From: an uncultured virus (IMG/VR IMGVR_UViG_3300046794_000135)
Lineage: Duplodnaviria; Heunggongvirae; Uroviricota; Caudoviricetes
IMG/VR virus record: IMGVR_UViG_3300046794_000135
Direction: 5' to 3' (one strand)
Length of the DNA stretch: 64,000 nt
Below are positions 55,773 through 64,000 of this stretch, one piece after another. The number at the start of each line of letters is the position of its first letter. Within the stretch, counting starts at the first letter, position 1. The notes beneath the pieces are model-generated. The model did no database searches. It was not told where the DNA came from and worked only from the letters and a program-made list of their open reading frames with translations. The position numbers and the translations under genes are program-made.

Positions 55773-56099
55773 ATGAACGACTTTGACGAATTTTGGTCCC
55801 TCTATCCACGGCGCATATCAAAGCGCACAGCCCAGAAGGCTTGGGACAAGGAAACGAAGCAGACGGCTCCCGCAGTCATCATCACCGGCCTCCGTCGTCA
55901 GCTTCCATACCTCACCAGCAAAGACCCTCAGTTCATCCCCCACGCCTCGACCTGGCTAAATCAAGCCCGTTGGGAAGATGAGGTTCAACCAATTCGCAGC
56001 AACACCGGACGCAGGACAATTGCAGATGCGGCAAGATCATTCCTCAGCACCAATTATAGCGGCGATGCTTTCGGGGTTCCCAGCATCGAGCGCCATTGA
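55773..56099 (+). CDS. Stand-alone C-terminal domain of a phage replication initiator
   Basis: FDEFWSLYPRR..K..A.KAW...FIPHASTWLNQARWEDE. Confidence 0.7.
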   Translation: MNDFDEFWSLYPRRISKRTAQKAWDKETKQTAPAVIITGLRRQLPYLTSKDPQFIPHASTWLNQARWEDEVQPIRSNTGRRTIADAARSFLSTNYSGDAFGVPSIERH

Positions 56100-56472
56100 T
56101 CCCGATATGCAGATTAGAGCCTACCTAATGGCAGTTGAAGGGATAGCGCAGGAGGCAATAGCCCGCGCTGCTCGTCTCTTCATCACAGGACAGGTGAAGG
56201 ACCACAACCGGGACTTCGCCCCATCGTGCGCCTCCTTTGCCGACCAATGCCGCTATCAACAGTCTGTCATCGAAGCAGCGGCCCGCCCACGCATCGAGGT
56301 GAAGCAGGAGACCACGCCCGCGCCGCAGGTATCCCCTCTCAAACTCAAGCTTCTCCATGAGGCTCTGCAAGGCAACGTCGCAGCAACAGAAGAACTCAAG
56401 AAAATGTATCCCGACCTACCGGTGTGGCGCATGGCCGATCTCCCGGTGTCTAAGCTTATGGAAAGCGAGTAA
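56026..56472 (+). CDS. Putative helicase-loader-region protein
   Basis: Follows the initiator domain; FAPSCASF motif; start uncertain. Confidence 0.5.
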   Translation: MRQDHSSAPIIAAMLSGFPASSAIDPDMQIRAYLMAVEGIAQEAIARAARLFITGQVKDHNRDFAPSCASFADQCRYQQSVIEAAARPRIEVKQETTPAPQVSPLKLKLLHEALQGNVAATEELKKMYPDLPVWRMADLPVSKLMESE

Positions 56473-56477
56473 CAGCG

Positions 56478-57068
56478 ATGAACATGCACACGACAAATGA
56501 ACTCACAGCAGAACTCACGACCCACTACAGCGATATTCGCAGGAAGCTTATGGGCATAGCGCCGAGGAAGGGTATTCCTTCCCCAGTCGCAGCCAAGAAG
56601 GCAGACGACAGCGAACTGGTCGCCAGTTTACAGCGTGACAAGGTTTCGCTTGAAGCCGAACTGAACGACGCACGTCGCAGCCTTCGCTATGTGGCTGAGA
56701 AAGAGAAGATGCATCGCGAGACGGAACGCAGGCTGGAAAAGCTTGAGCTCGACCTGTCCGATGCTCGCGCCCGCATTCTCAGCCAAGCCGAGATGATGAA
56801 GGTGCTGGATGAGAAAGAGGGATTCGGTGAAGTAACCGACAAGCGCCGGCCAGTTAAGGAGATTATCGCGGAAGTGCTGAAGGGCTATCCCGGCATCAAA
56901 TGGGAAGACATCAAGGGCATTCGCCGCACCCGCGACCTGATCGCGCCGCGCCATGCTTGCATGAAGGCCGTCTACGAAGAGCGGAAAGACCTGTCTTTGC
57001 CGAAAATTGGGGATGTATTCTCACGCGACCACACCACAATCTTGCATGCTGTAATGAAAACAACCTAA
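56478..57068 (+). CDS. Protein with DnaA C-terminal-like HTH
   Basis: RRTRDLIAPRH...LSLPKIGDVFSRDHTTILHA. Confidence 0.8.
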   Translation: MNMHTTNELTAELTTHYSDIRRKLMGIAPRKGIPSPVAAKKADDSELVASLQRDKVSLEAELNDARRSLRYVAEKEKMHRETERRLEKLELDLSDARARILSQAEMMKVLDEKEGFGEVTDKRRPVKEIIAEVLKGYPGIKWEDIKGIRRTRDLIAPRHACMKAVYEERKDLSLPKIGDVFSRDHTTILHAVMKTT

Positions 57069-57115
57069 TAGTGCATACGATAACAAAGGCATCATACATT
57101 TAGGAGCGGCACTAA

Positions 57116-57748
57116 ATGGCATCACGTGCAGAAAAACTCAGGTCAAAGCGTGCATCACGAAGCGTAGGGCGTCCTCGTAAAGAGGGCGTCGATCGGTATC
57201 CAAGCGGGGATATCAAGCGTCATGAGACAGAAAAGGACGTTCTCAGCGTGGCATTGGAAGCGAGACAGCGGATACACGGTCTATCGGAAAACAACGCCCT
57301 GGCTGGCTATACGCTGGGACGCATGTTTCTCGACGGCGCTATCAACGAAGAGCAGCGCAAGGCCGGTGACGACTACGCGGAAATCATCAGCCGCTATCAT
57401 CGCCTCGTTGGAATCCCATATCCAAGCGCACGTGCGCAATCGCTGTTCACGGTGAAGGGTCACGACGGGGAAGTGACGGAAAGCCTCGCCAAGCGTGCCA
57501 GAGACGCCAGCAATCGCATGATGGAGGTGGAGGGTATTCTGCTTCGCTGCGTCGACGGCCCACAGGTCAAGGGAACGGTCTATAACCTATGCGTTATGGA
57601 TTACGACCACCTGCGGGGGATGGCTCCTCAACAATTGTTGTGGCTGAAGCGGGGATTGAACGCGTTGCTCAAAAGCAAGGAGTTGCGTGAGAAAGGCAAA
57701 TCAGTTATGAGTTGGGATATTCCATTCTCAGAACTGTCACCAGTTTAA
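57116..57748 (+). CDS. Putative late transcription regulator
   Basis: GRPRK AT-hook-like motif; last early gene before the packaging module. Confidence 0.5.
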   Translation: MASRAEKLRSKRASRSVGRPRKEGVDRYPSGDIKRHETEKDVLSVALEARQRIHGLSENNALAGYTLGRMFLDGAINEEQRKAGDDYAEIISRYHRLVGIPYPSARAQSLFTVKGHDGEVTESLAKRARDASNRMMEVEGILLRCVDGPQVKGTVYNLCVMDYDHLRGMAPQQLLWLKRGLNALLKSKELREKGKSVMSWDIPFSELSPV

Positions 57749-57749
57749 A

Positions 57750-57960
57750 GGGTCGGCTTCGGCCTCTAGAGCACGTCTCCCCTGAAGAGGGGTTTCGCTA
57801 AGCCGGGGGCCGACACTCAAATCCTTGTTCGCAAGGTCGGCAGGATGGCCTCTGCCGCTTCAATTCGAGGCAATGCCTCAACGCCATCGGGAAGGCCAGT
57901 CCAATTGGGCGTAGTCGGACACGATAAAGAGCAACGCCAAGCTCTGCCTTCCCGACAATC
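57750..57960 (+). ncRNA. Candidate structured RNA including a three-way junction with complementary loops
   Basis: Five short hairpins, then a 10-bp closing helix 57887-57896/57946-57955 enclosing two hairpins with loops GGCGT and ACGCC. Confidence 0.5.
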
Positions 57961-57978
57961 ATCCTTTCAGGGATTGAG

Positions 57979-58167
57979 ATGAGCGACACAGACGCATTCT
58001 CCCCTCTCGATGACTACTGCTACATCCTCGAAGCTTCCACAGACGACGGTATTCAAGGCTGGGCGCTCATAGACAGCGACGGCGAGCTTGAAGTCTTCGC
58101 AGAGAGCCGCAGAGACGTGCTCTACTACGCCGCAGCGCATGAAATCCAGATCGTCAAGCCGAATTAG
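57979..58167 (+). CDS. Small acidic hypothetical protein
   Basis: 62-aa ORF with a purine-rich upstream sequence. Confidence 0.5.
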   Translation: MSDTDAFSPLDDYCYILEASTDDGIQGWALIDSDGELEVFAESRRDVLYYAAAHEIQIVKPN

Positions 58168-58271
58168 GGCTCTTGGACGGTCGCGAATACAACCTAGCAG
58201 GTTGTGCAAACTCCCAAAAATGACACCCACTCCCACGGCCAGTACCAACGCCAAGTTGATTAGGCCGTAAA

Positions 58272-58571
58272 ATGAGGCCCAAAATGCCTAAAGTAGGCTT
58301 AGATAGATCCAAAACGGGCAGGGCGAAGGGAACCCCGAACAAGACGACCGCGCTCTTGAAAGATGCGATCCTTCAGGCGGCAGAACTCGCCGGCGACAAG
58401 GTCGGCAATGATGGCCTTGTCTCTTACCTCACAGCCCAGGCGATCGATAACCCGGGCCCGTTCCTATCTCTCCTCGGCAAGGTTCTGCCAATCCAAATGG
58501 TTGGCGACCCAAATAACCCGATCGTCACCATAACCAAGATCGAGCTTGTTGCTCCTGATGGCAACAGCTAG
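58272..58571 (+). CDS. terS: Terminase small subunit
   Basis: GRAKGTPNKTT...FLSLLGKVLP; overlaps TerL. Confidence 0.8.
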   Translation: MRPKMPKVGLDRSKTGRAKGTPNKTTALLKDAILQAAELAGDKVGNDGLVSYLTAQAIDNPGPFLSLLGKVLPIQMVGDPNNPIVTITKIELVAPDGNS

Positions 58572-59859
58572 GCTCGAGCTGCCTCCGAAGCTTATCCCTG
58601 TTTTCATGGGTGAGGCTCGCTACAGAGGTGCATACGGCGGCAGAGGGTCAGGCAAGACACGAACTTTTGCCAAGATGGCGGCGGTCAAAGGATACCAGCT
58701 TTCGCAGGCTGGTCAGACAGGGGTTATCGTCTGCGGTCGTGAGTTCATGAACTCGCTTGATGAAAGCTCGATGGCCGAGGTGAAGGCGGCGATTGCTTCC
58801 GAGCCGTGGCTCGCTGCTCATTACGACGTTGGCGAGAAATACATCCGCACCTTGGATGGCCGCATCTCGTTTGCGTTCATTGGGTTGCGGCACAATCTCG
58901 ATAGCATCAAGTCGAAATCGCAGATCCATTTGCTATGGGTTGATGAGGCCGAGCCGGTATCGGACGCGGCATGGATCAAGATCACGCCAACAGTTCGTGA
59001 GCATAATTCAGAAATCTGGGTCACATGGAACCCAGAGCGAAAGAACAGCGCCACCCACAAACGCTTTAGGGAAGACCCTCCAGAGGGGTCGAAGATTGTC
59101 GAGATCAACTACACCGACAATCCCTGGTTCCCTCATGTGCTTGAGATTGAGCGCCTGAACGACTTCCACAAGCGGCCCGATCAATACCCCCACATATGGG
59201 AGGGTGATTTTGTCACTGTTGTCGAAGGCGCGTATTTTGCCAAGGCTTTGGCGGTCGCTCGTCAGGAGAAGCGCATCGGTGCCGTTGCCCAAGACCCGCT
59301 CATGCCGAAGAAGGCATATTGGGACATAGGCGTTAGTGACGCCACAACGATCTGGGTCGTGCAGTTCATCGGCCATCAGATCAGGGTCATCGATTATTAC
59401 GAGGTTGAGAACCAACCTCTGTCGGCTCACCTCGAATGGATGCGGGCCAAAGGGCATGGAAGCGCCGAATGTGTTCTGCCGCATGACGGCGAGCATCGGG
59501 ATGCGGTGACAGCCATCCGGTTTGAGGATCACATCCGATCGGCAGGGTTTGAGGTCCGCACTGTTGCCAACCAAGGCAAGGGCGCGGCGATGAAGCGCGT
59601 TGAAGCTGCCCGTCGCCTGTTCCCGAACATGTGGTTCGATCAAGAGAAATGCTCGGCAGGCTTGGATGCGCTGGGCTGGTATCACGAAAAGAGAGACGAA
59701 GAGCGCGGCGTTGGTCTCGGTCCAATGCACGACTGGGCATCTCACGGGGCCGACAGCTTTGGCCTCATGGCTGTGGATCATGAAGAGCCATACACGCCCG
59801 CCTCTCGCAAAAGATATTCCTCACGCGGCGGTTCTTCCGCATCTTGGATGGCTGGCTGA
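58558..59859 (+). CDS. terL: Terminase large subunit (PBSX-type)
   Basis: YGGRGSGKT, WVDEAE, TWNP, WDIG and HDWASHGADSF. Confidence 0.95.
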   Translation: MATARLELPPKLIPVFMGEARYRGAYGGRGSGKTRTFAKMAAVKGYQLSQAGQTGVIVCGREFMNSLDESSMAEVKAAIASEPWLAAHYDVGEKYIRTLDGRISFAFIGLRHNLDSIKSKSQIHLLWVDEAEPVSDAAWIKITPTVREHNSEIWVTWNPERKNSATHKRFREDPPEGSKIVEINYTDNPWFPHVLEIERLNDFHKRPDQYPHIWEGDFVTVVEGAYFAKALAVARQEKRIGAVAQDPLMPKKAYWDIGVSDATTIWVVQFIGHQIRVIDYYEVENQPLSAHLEWMRAKGHGSAECVLPHDGEHRDAVTAIRFEDHIRSAGFEVRTVANQGKGAAMKRVEAARRLFPNMWFDQEKCSAGLDALGWYHEKRDEERGVGLGPMHDWASHGADSFGLMAVDHEEPYTPASRKRYSSRGGSSASWMAG

Positions 59860-61904
59860 TGGCTGATTACAACGACACAGCAGATGATGCGCCGCGCGGC
59901 AAAAACGCCGAACTGACGCGCACGCTGAAGTCCTGGTATGCTGAAGACATCAAGCATGTGGCCGAATGGCGCCGTATTGCCCGTGAAGACTACGAGTTCT
60001 ATAACGGTGACCAGTGGTCGCAGGACGACATGAACACCCTGCGCGATCAAAAGCGCCCAGCACTCACGTTCAATCGCATCGGCCCGCTGGTTAACGCTGT
60101 CGTCGGGTCTGAGATCAACAATCGCCGTGAGGTGCAGTACATCCCGCGTGAGCAGGGTGACGCCATTGCCAACGAAATCCTGACATCAGCCGGTGAATGG
60201 TTCCGCGACCAGACCGGCGCCGAGGACGAAGAGTCGGACGCCTTCGAAGATGCCACGATTTGCGGTATGGGCTGGACAGACACCCGGCTTGATTTCGAGG
60301 ACGACCCTGACGGCGCACCGCAGATCCGCCGCCTCGACCCGCTGAAGATGGTTTGGGACTGCAACGCCTCAAAGCCTAACCTGGAAGACGCCCAGCGCCT
60401 TTGGTACGTGGACGAGAAGCCATATTCCGAAGTCAAGCAGATGTTTCCTGATGTTGCCAGGGAATTGCTCAATGCAGGTTGGGCCAAGACGCTCGGCAAT
60501 GACCAAGCAAAGCCACATGATCAGGACCAAGCTGACCTGTATTCCGGCGATCAGAATGAGTTTTCCAGCGGATATTCGCGCAAGATGTGCACGCTGGTGG
60601 AATGCCGGTGGTTTGAGAAGGTGCCTTACTATCGCGGTCCCGATATGCAGACGATGCAGCCACGGGAGTACAGCGAGGAGCAGGTAAAGCTCATCCGCAA
60701 GGATTTGCCCAACTTCCCGGCTGTCCGTCAATATCGGAAGGTAGTCAAGCGGGCGTTCATCGGTGCTGAAGTGCTGGCCGATCCGGATCAGCCGCTCGTC
60801 CCTCCTGGAATGTTCGGTTGGGAATGCATCACCGGCTACCGGGATAAGCTGAAGCGCACGTTCTACGGCATTGTTCGGCCTGCCAAAGACCCACAGCGCT
60901 GGTCAAACAAGTTCTTCAGCCAGACGCAGTTCTTGCTCAACAGCCAGTCCAAGGGCGGCATCATTGCTGAACATGGGTTGGCGGAAGACCCGCGCCAGTT
61001 CGAAGAGAGCTGGGCCAAGACAGACGCGATTTCATGGGCAAAGCAGGGTGCGCTCTCTGGGCAGAACCCGAAGTTCATGCCGAAGCCCGTTGCACAGTTC
61101 CCAAGCGGCTTCTTCACGCTGTTCAATGAGAGCAAGGAAGCCATCAGCCAGGTCACCGGCCTTTCGCCTGAATTCATCGGAACACGCGAAGTCGATCAGG
61201 CTGGCGTGCTGGAATATCAGCGCCGGCAATCATCCCTCAACCTGCTTGCGTCATTGTTCAATAGCCTGCGCCGGTATCGTAAGCGTCAGGGCAAGACAAT
61301 GCTTTACCTCATCCAGAACCACCTCAGTGATGGTCGCCTCGTTCGCATCGTCGGGGATGACAAGGCTCAGTATGTGCCGCTCACCAAGGAAGCGGTGGCA
61401 AGCTCTCAGTACGACATTATCGTTGACGACGCGCCGACCAGCCCGAACGAGAAGGACCGCACATGGCAGATCATCTCCCAGATGCTGCCTATGCTGAAGG
61501 ACTACATGACGCCGGAAGTCGGGCTCGAAATACTGAAATGGTCGCCTCTCCCCGCCTCTATGGTTAGCAAGCTGGAGCGCAAGGCCAAGGAAGCAGCCGA
61601 AGAGGCAGCACAGCAGCCGCCGCCGCCGACGCCCGAAGAACAGAAGATGATGCTTGAACAGCAGAAGGCGCAATTGTCTATGCAGGGCATGCAGGCCGAT
61701 CTCGCGGCGCAGCAGCAGAAAAATCAGATGGATGTCCAGATGAAGGGGATCGATCTGATGGCAAAGCAGCGTGAGGCTGAGATTGACGGTGCGGTTAGTG
61801 CGGCGAAGCTTCAGCAGGACGCCCAGCGCCTCGCCATTCAGGAGCAGCAGAACGCTATCCAAGCCCAGAACGCTAATTCCCGCCGGATATCATCGGCAGA
61901 CTGA
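59859..61904 (+). CDS. Portal protein (P22-like)
   Basis: FYNGDQW, RPALTFNRI and KDPQRWSNK motifs; follows TerL. Confidence 0.9.
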   Translation: MADYNDTADDAPRGKNAELTRTLKSWYAEDIKHVAEWRRIAREDYEFYNGDQWSQDDMNTLRDQKRPALTFNRIGPLVNAVVGSEINNRREVQYIPREQGDAIANEILTSAGEWFRDQTGAEDEESDAFEDATICGMGWTDTRLDFEDDPDGAPQIRRLDPLKMVWDCNASKPNLEDAQRLWYVDEKPYSEVKQMFPDVARELLNAGWAKTLGNDQAKPHDQDQADLYSGDQNEFSSGYSRKMCTLVECRWFEKVPYYRGPDMQTMQPREYSEEQVKLIRKDLPNFPAVRQYRKVVKRAFIGAEVLADPDQPLVPPGMFGWECITGYRDKLKRTFYGIVRPAKDPQRWSNKFFSQTQFLLNSQSKGGIIAEHGLAEDPRQFEESWAKTDAISWAKQGALSGQNPKFMPKPVAQFPSGFFTLFNESKEAISQVTGLSPEFIGTREVDQAGVLEYQRRQSSLNLLASLFNSLRRYRKRQGKTMLYLIQNHLSDGRLVRIVGDDKAQYVPLTKEAVASSQYDIIVDDAPTSPNEKDRTWQIISQMLPMLKDYMTPEVGLEILKWSPLPASMVSKLERKAKEAAEEAAQQPPPPTPEEQKMMLEQQKAQLSMQGMQADLAAQQQKNQMDVQMKGIDLMAKQREAEIDGAVSAAKLQQDAQRLAIQEQQNAIQAQNANSRRISSAD

Positions 61905-61984
61905 ACACCATCCACCCAGGATGGTTTCGCCCGCGTTGAGCGCATCACGCTTCGTAAGCCCACGTCACGGGCAGGAAGAAAACC

Positions 61985-62182
61985 ATGACCGAGAAAGAAA
62001 TACTGGCCCTCTGCCACAAGGCGGGGTTCAAAACCGCGTCCGTTGAATTCTCTACGGAAAGCCCCGACTACAAGGTCAACGTGGGCGCCGATGGCGTTGA
62101 ATACGGCTCCAAGTTCTCCGAAGGCACGACGGCAGACAACCTTAAGATATGGCTCGACGGCCTCAAAGGGGAGGCTGCCTAA
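61985..62182 (+). CDS. Hypothetical protein
   Basis: AGGA RBS; coupled to the scaffold gene. Confidence 0.55.
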   Translation: MTEKEILALCHKAGFKTASVEFSTESPDYKVNVGADGVEYGSKFSEGTTADNLKIWLDGLKGEAA

Positions 62183-63102
62183 TGGAGAGCGTAGAACTTT
62201 CACCATCGGAACAGGCGTTCTTTGAGTCTGGTGGTCAGACCGAGATTGTCGAAACACCAGCAGAAACGTCCAGCGAGCCAGCGCAGATCGAACAGACCGG
62301 CGTCGTTCAGGAAGTATCCAGCGAACGCGATGAAAAGGGACGCTTTGTCCCGCACCAAGCGCTCCATGCAGAGCGTGAGGAACACAAGAAGACCAAATCG
62401 GAGCTTGAGCAGATCCGGCAACGTCAGGCAGTGCTTGACGATCGGTGGAACACGCTTCTGAAGGCAAACCAGCCCGCCGAGGCCCAGCAGCCAGCCGCCC
62501 CGCCGAATCCTGAAGAGGATATCTTCGCCTATTCGAAGTGGCAGGCCGATCAGCTCAAGGCCCTTCAGGACAAGGTTGACGGTCGCGAACAACAGGAACA
62601 GCAGTCAAGGCAGGAAGTCGAGCAGGAGCAGGCCCTGTGGGGCGAATGGAGCCAGTCGGCGCAATCTTATGCGGCAACGCAGACGGATTTCGGTGATGCG
62701 GTCAAGTTCCTCTCAGACGCCCGTGACCGGCAGCTTCAGGCACTCTCGATCGCCAACCCCGGCTTTGCCAACGAGCAGGGCAGGGTGCAGCAGATCAACA
62801 CGGAACTGAAGTCGATCGTTATTGCGGCCAAGCAGCAGGGCATGAGCCCTGCCGAGGCCGTCTACAAGATTGCGCAGGGGTATGGTTATGCGGCGGCTCC
62901 GCCCTCGCTGAAGCTCCCTGACAGCCTCGCCAAGATCGACGCTGCTCAGAATGCATCCCGCACGCTTGCGGCCTCTCCTGGTCGTGATGCGGGCGATCCA
63001 ATGTCGGCGGAAGCAATCGCCAGCATGTCAAACACCGAATTCGACACCTGGTATCGCGATCCAGCGAATGCCAAGCGGTTCGATGCACTGATGAGAGGGT
63101 GA
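62182..63102 (+). CDS. Scaffolding protein
   Basis: RDEKGRFVPHQALHAER coiled coil; upstream of capsid. Confidence 0.8.
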   Translation: MESVELSPSEQAFFESGGQTEIVETPAETSSEPAQIEQTGVVQEVSSERDEKGRFVPHQALHAEREEHKKTKSELEQIRQRQAVLDDRWNTLLKANQPAEAQQPAAPPNPEEDIFAYSKWQADQLKALQDKVDGREQQEQQSRQEVEQEQALWGEWSQSAQSYAATQTDFGDAVKFLSDARDRQLQALSIANPGFANEQGRVQQINTELKSIVIAAKQQGMSPAEAVYKIAQGYGYAAAPPSLKLPDSLAKIDAAQNASRTLAASPGRDAGDPMSAEAIASMSNTEFDTWYRDPANAKRFDALMRG

Positions 63103-63270
63103 TTGTTGCAAGGCTTTCACTCTGATGAGGCCACAAGGCGGGGCCATATCCGCCTTTTCGTCTACACAGACGTTACTCGTGTCCCTTCCCAGTGGGGTTC
63201 TCTGGCTTCGCAAGCTCGCAGCGTCACCGCGACATCACACCCCCAAAAGATCATCAAAACATAGGAGCCT

Positions 63271-64000
63271 ATGATGGCTGCAACTACCTATGGTGTAAAC
63301 GATGCGCTCGCGGTGAAGCTGTGGAGCAAGAAGCTTGCTGTTGAAGTAAGCAAAGCCACGGCAATCGCCCCGCTCATCGGCACCTCTTCCAACTCTATCA
63401 TCCAGCTCAAGGACGAGACTCAGAAGGGCAGCGGTGACAAGGTCACTTTCGGCCTTCGCACGCAGCTTGTCGGTGACGGTGTTACCGAAAACCAGATCCT
63501 TGAAGGCAACGAAGAAGCGCTGTCCACCTACTCGGATGCGATCCTCATCAACGAACTCGCTCATGCCGTTCGTGTGAAGAACGACCAGACGATCGACGCC
63601 CAGCGCATCCCGTTCTCGCTTCGTGACGAAGCCAACGCGGGCCTGACCGACTGGTATGCAGACCGTATGTCTCTCGCTGCGTTCATGCAGTGGGGCGGCT
63701 ACACTGCTCCTACGATGTCGTTCGAAGGCCGTACGCTGACCATCAAGCCGGTGCATTACCTCTTCAATGCCCCGACTGCCCCGACCCGCGTCGTTCGCCC
63801 GAACGCCCGCGCCAACGACCAGTCGCTTATCTCAACCGATCTGTTCACCCTGAACTTGATCGATGCGGCTGTTGAACAGGCCAAGCTTGCCAACCCTCGT
63901 ATTCGCCCCGTGCGCATCGACGGTGAAAACAAGTATGTCATGTATCTGCACCCAACGCAGGTCACCGACATTCGCACTTCAACAGCTGCCGGCCAGTGGC
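63271..64000 (+). CDS. Major capsid protein, N4-gp56 family (partial, runs off the window)
   Basis: Manual translation MMAATTYGVNDALAVKLWSKKL...GDKVTFGL...LEGNEEAL; AGGAG RBS. Confidence 0.88.
   Translation, partial: MMAATTYGVNDALAVKLWSKKLAVEVSKATAIAPLIGTSSNSIIQLKDETQKGSGDKVTFGLRTQLVGDGVTENQILEGNEEALSTYSDAILINELAHAVRVKNDQTIDAQRIPFSLRDEANAGLTDWYADRMSLAAFMQWGGYTAPTMSFEGRTLTIKPVHYLFNAPTAPTRVVRPNARANDQSLISTDLFTLNLIDAAVEQAKLANPRIRPVRIDGENKYVMYLHPTQVTDIRTSTAAGQW

Larger units (their letters stand above)
43168..64000. mobile_element. Phage B: partial lambdoid (P22-like layout) temperate phage
   Basis: Leftward ERF/YqaJ operon, divergent CI/Cro, rightward early genes, second terminase, portal and capsid set. 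Confidence 0.92.

Noticed and set aside
63121..63160. Hammerhead ribozyme-like CTGATGAG-GCC-ACAA-GGC
   Set aside because: The required CGAAA core is replaced by GGGGC; the segment fits better as a terminator-like hairpin AAGGCGG...CCGCCTT-TT
1..64000. tRNA or rRNA genes and host chromosomal genes
   Set aside because: No cloverleaf or rRNA-like sequence and no housekeeping genes recognised by eye; a covariance scan would be needed to exclude tRNAs fully

Overview
The window is entirely phage DNA, probably from alphaproteobacterial (Rhizobiaceae-like) hosts, and holds two unrelated temperate podovirus-type genomes joined through a shared repeat. Bases 1-127 recur exactly at 43041-43167. This defines a 43,040-bp unit (phage A) that looks like a complete circular genome: RuvC, AAA+/vWA pair, TerS/TerL, HslV-like peptidase, portal, capsid, tail and ejection genes, lysis genes, an intact attP beside a tyrosine integrase, PrimPol-helicase, PolA, an Acb2-like anti-CBASS protein, SSB, Cas4-like nuclease, SNF2 helicase, Xis and repressor. 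From 43168 a lambdoid phage B runs to the window end: ERF/YqaJ recombination, CI/Cro, GapR, DUF4942 methyltransferase, TerS/TerL, P22-like portal and N4-gp56-type capsid. The join may be an assembly path, since 127 equals a common assembler k-mer length, or a true cointegrate. The most striking unexplained signals are in phage A: strong genome-wide enrichment of TGACA/TGTCA written into synonymous codons, a dispersed network of more than 20 TTGYG-N5/N7-CRCAA operator-like sites often paired 22 bp apart, and a compositionally distinct AAA+/vWA cassette bracketed by inverted repeats. Phage B shows a kissing-loop three-way-junction RNA before the terminase genes and an apparently split replication initiator. 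All family calls come from motif recognition by eye; no database searches were run.
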